The notes under the pieces were generated by a model. The model had not been told where the DNA came from. It saw nothing but the letters and a program-made list of their open reading frames with translations, and ran no database searches. Both the position numbers and the translations under genes were made by a program. This document shows, piece after piece, positions 61,276 through 64,000 of a stretch of DNA of 64,000 nt (positions are counted from its first letter, which is position 1; each line of letters opens with the position of its first letter). Source of the stretch: an uncultured Candidatus Marinamargulisbacteria bacterium (GTDB taxonomy: Bacteria > Margulisbacteria > Riflemargulisbacteria > GWF2-35-9 > CAYUBI01); the NCBI GenBank assembly GCA_964443005.1, contig CAYUBI010000001.1, positions 2,901-66,900 on the forward strand, given 5' to 3'.

Positions 61276-62265
61276 CTAAGTATATCCCTTCGGATAAGCT
61301 TGATGCCAAGCCCATGCAGTTTTCACAATATCATCAAGAGCATATTGTGGATTCCATTTTAGATCACACTGAATTTTTTCAGAAGATGCAACTAAGGTTT
61401 GCGGATCCCCAGAACGTCGTGCGCCCTCCATAATTGGAATAATTTTTTTAGTCACTTGTTCCGCATGCTGAATAATTTCGCGAACAGTATATCCTATACC
61501 TGTTCCTAAATTATAAACATCAGTCTCATGTCCATCAAACAACGCATGTAAAGCAAGCAAATGTGCTTGAGCTAAATCCATCACATGAATATAGTCACGA
61601 ATACACGTGCCATCTTTAGTCGCCCAATCAGAACCATAAATCGTCACGTGCTCTCGAATACCCATTGCAACCTGCAAAACAATAGGAATAAGATGCGTTT
61701 CTGGAAAATGATCTTCGCCAATTTGAGCAGACAAATCAGCACCTGCTGCATTGAAATAGCGCAATGCAATGGATTTTATTCCATAAGCGTGATCATACCA
61801 TTTTAAAATTTTCTCAAACGTTAATTTTGTTTCACCATAGGGATTAGTGGGAACTTGAGGATCTGTTTCCTTAATAGGAAGATGAACGGGTTGCCCATAT
61901 GTAGCAGCTGTTGAGGAAAAAATTAATGACCGAACATCATATTTTCGCATCATATTTAATACAGATAAGCCACCCACAACATTATTATCAAAATATAAAT
62001 CAGGATGTTCCATTGATTCACCAACTAAAGATTTCGCACAAAAGTGCATAACTCCTGCAATACATTCATTAACAAAAACTTTTTCTAAAGCGTCTGGATT
62101 TCGAATATCTCCCTGATAAAATTTTTCATCCCCAATAGCTGCCAAATGCCCAGTTGACAAGTTATCAAAAATAATTGGAATTTCACCATGATTTCGTAAA
62201 TATCGAACCATATGACTTCCAATATAACCTGCCCCACCCAAAACAAGAATTTTTTTTGCCATCAT
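61276..62265 (-). CDS. galE: UDP-glucose 4-epimerase
   Basis: LVLGGAGYIGSH and YGETK. Length 329 aa. Confidence 0.8.
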   Translation of the reverse strand: MMAKKILVLGGAGYIGSHMVRYLRNHGEIPIIFDNLSTGHLAAIGDEKFYQGDIRNPDALEKVFVNECIAGVMHFCAKSLVGESMEHPDLYFDNNVVGGLSVLNMMRKYDVRSLIFSSTAATYGQPVHLPIKETDPQVPTNPYGETKLTFEKILKWYDHAYGIKSIALRYFNAAGADLSAQIGEDHFPETHLIPIVLQVAMGIREHVTIYGSDWATKDGTCIRDYIHVMDLAQAHLLALHALFDGHETDVYNLGTGIGYTVREIIQHAEQVTKKIIPIMEGARRSGDPQTLVASSEKIQCDLKWNPQYALDDIVKTAWAWHQAYPKGYT

Positions 62266-63500
62266 TAAAATCCAACCCCTATAAAATATTTCGTATTTGC
62301 TGCATTAAATAAGTCATTACCTTCAAGAAAAAACTTTAGATCCGCATCTGTCATATATTTTGCTCTTAATGATAAGATCATATTTGATGGATTCGAAACC
62401 ATTGCAGAAACATTAATTTTTGGCATCACATAATAGCCAAAAGCTAGTGAAGGTGAATTCCGAATCAGCCCAACATAAGTCGAGAGATACGCATTCCAAT
62501 GCTTGCCAACATATGCATCAGCAATACCTGTACTATTTTGATAATTGCCAATTCCCATACCTGCAACAACATCTTTATTCAAAATCAGAGTTCCAAATTC
62601 GTAATAAGACGTGCCAGAACCAGAAAACATATTACCTTCTAAATCAAACCGAACATTATTTACTTTTTGAATCAACTCTGTACCAGATTCAACTGCAATT
62701 GCTCCTGTTTTTAATACAGATCTCAAATCCTGAACAATATCATTTTTATCTTTATCAAGAGTCGCAATTAATTTATTAATTGTTCCAGCTGAATTTTTTA
62801 ATGAACTAGCCGCTTGATTAATATTTTGAATAAAAGCATAATTTCCAGATACAGCCAGTGTTTGCGAAATACGCTTTAAATTAGTTGAGAATTCATCTAA
62901 ATTACTAACCATATTCGAAATACGTTGCTTATCAACTAATTCATGAATTTCATGAATCAATTCATTCAACTCTTTCGACATCTGACCAAAATTAATAATT
63001 GTTTCTTGCATAGATTTTCGTGATTCAGCAGATGTTATAATTTCACGAAATGTCGCTAGCATTTGTTTGGTTTCGTTCAAATTCTGCGTGCCTACATCAA
63101 CAAAATCAACTAAACTTGATGTAGAATAACCATCCATTGTATCACCAGCTTTGAGATATATATTACTTTTAGCATCAGGCATTACTTCCATATATTTTTC
63201 ACCAATCAAACCATCAAAAGCTACACGTAAACGTGTACCTTTTGTTATTTTTGTACCATTTTCAACATATAACGTTACAATAATATCTTTAGGGTTTGGA
63301 GAAATGGCAGTTACCCGACCAATCAAATATCCACGATACCGAACTTCTGAATTTTTTAGCAATCCATTAACTGTTTGAAATTTTCCATATAAAGGATATC
63401 CTTCTGCACGCAAAACCATACCACTTTTCCAAATTATACCAATACAAAAAATTAACAAACCAATTAAAGAAACAATACCTACCTTAACTTCTGGTTTCAT
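62265..63500 (-). CDS. MlaD/MCE-domain protein with C-terminal extension
   Basis: N-terminal TM helix. MCE core VRYRGYLIGRVTAI... Confidence 0.6.
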   Translation of the reverse strand: MKPEVKVGIVSLIGLLIFCIGIIWKSGMVLRAEGYPLYGKFQTVNGLLKNSEVRYRGYLIGRVTAISPNPKDIIVTLYVENGTKITKGTRLRVAFDGLIGEKYMEVMPDAKSNIYLKAGDTMDGYSTSSLVDFVDVGTQNLNETKQMLATFREIITSAESRKSMQETIINFGQMSKELNELIHEIHELVDKQRISNMVSNLDEFSTNLKRISQTLAVSGNYAFIQNINQAASSLKNSAGTINKLIATLDKDKNDIVQDLRSVLKTGAIAVESGTELIQKVNNVRFDLEGNMFSGSGTSYYEFGTLILNKDVVAGMGIGNYQNSTGIADAYVGKHWNAYLSTYVGLIRNSPSLAFGYYVMPKINVSAMVSNPSNMILSLRAKYMTDADLKFFLEGNDLFNAANTKYFIGVGF

Positions 63501-64000
63501 ATAAACTCCTCAACTTCGTCGTGAGTCTTACTAACAATTCCATTCACAAAATTAGCGATCACCGGATTTTTATGGTGCACTATTTGGGCTCGATCACCTG
63601 CCTCAATAGCCTTACCCTTATGAATCATTATAATACGAGGTGAGGTTCTTAATATAGTACTAATTTGATGTGTAACAACAATAGACGTTACTTTTAATTC
63701 TATACTCAACTTATTGATCAAATCCTCGATCACTGTCGAAGTAATAGGATCCAGACCTGTTGTCGGCTCGTCATAAAGAACAACTTCAGGATTAGATGCA
63801 ATGGCACGCGCTATTGCCACTCGTTTTTTCATCCCACCACTTAATGAACTCGGCAAAATATCTGAAACATTGTCCAAGCCAACCATTCTTAATTTTTTTT
63901 GCGCAATAAGTCGAATTTCTTCATCCGACAATCGTGTATGTTGAGTTAACCAAAATCCAACATTTTTCCAAACAGGAAGAGAATCAAATAACGCTGAGGA
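63497..64000 (-). CDS. ABC transporter ATP-binding protein (MlaF-like), N-terminus lies beyond the window
   Basis: LSGGMKKRVAIARA signature and Walker B VLYDEPTTGLDP. The frame is open to nt 64000. Confidence 0.65.
   Translation of the reverse strand, partial: SSALFDSLPVWKNVGFWLTQHTRLSDEEIRLIAQKKLRMVGLDNVSDILPSSLSGGMKKRVAIARAIASNPEVVLYDEPTTGLDPITSTVIEDLINKLSIELKVTSIVVTHQISTILRTSPRIIMIHKGKAIEAGDRAQIVHHKNPVIANFVNGIVSKTHDEVEEFI

Overview
The window is a low-GC (about 35%) bacterial chromosomal segment. Gene order resembles Firmicutes (hpf-secA-prfB; dnaX-ybaB-recR; tmk-holB-yaaT/PSP1; ruvC-ruvA), but diderm markers are also present (LptF/G-family permease, MlaD/MlaF, Wza-like exporter). Chemotaxis genes are present: two methyl-accepting chemotaxis proteins (MCPs) and a CheV. 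From about 13.2 kb to the end the content is core housekeeping: UPF0182, proS, alr, dnaX, ybaB, recR, tmk, holB, rpsU, aroQ, ispDF, glmS, tmRNA, secA, prfB with its programmed +1 frameshift, ruvAB-side genes, apt, tRNA-Val, rarA, map, galE and others. The first 13 kb is an accessory, rearranged patch. It carries a BatD-like gene, a PNPOx gene whose 3' end is duplicated around an inserted DUF4389 gene, a four-repeat helical protein, a eukaryote-like SET-domain gene next to a GNAT gene, and a striking array of DUF4160-DUF2442 cassettes. The array holds two complete pairs, two N-terminal DUF4160 stubs and one orphan DUF2442. Each DUF4160 start is preceded by a conserved leader of about 45 nt; copies 2 and 3 are nearly identical over about 157 nt including the leader and the first 16 codons, and copy 4 shares the same 5' coding stretch. 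One stub is translationally coupled (ATGA) to rsgA. The array is interleaved with three tRNA-Arg(CCU)-derived copies (one intact, one with acceptor-stem mismatches, one truncated), a palindromic multi-hairpin element, a GyrI-like pseudogene and mgtA. No CRISPR array, integrase or transposase is visible. All calls rest on motif-level reading of the supplied ORF translations and the raw sequence, with no database searches.
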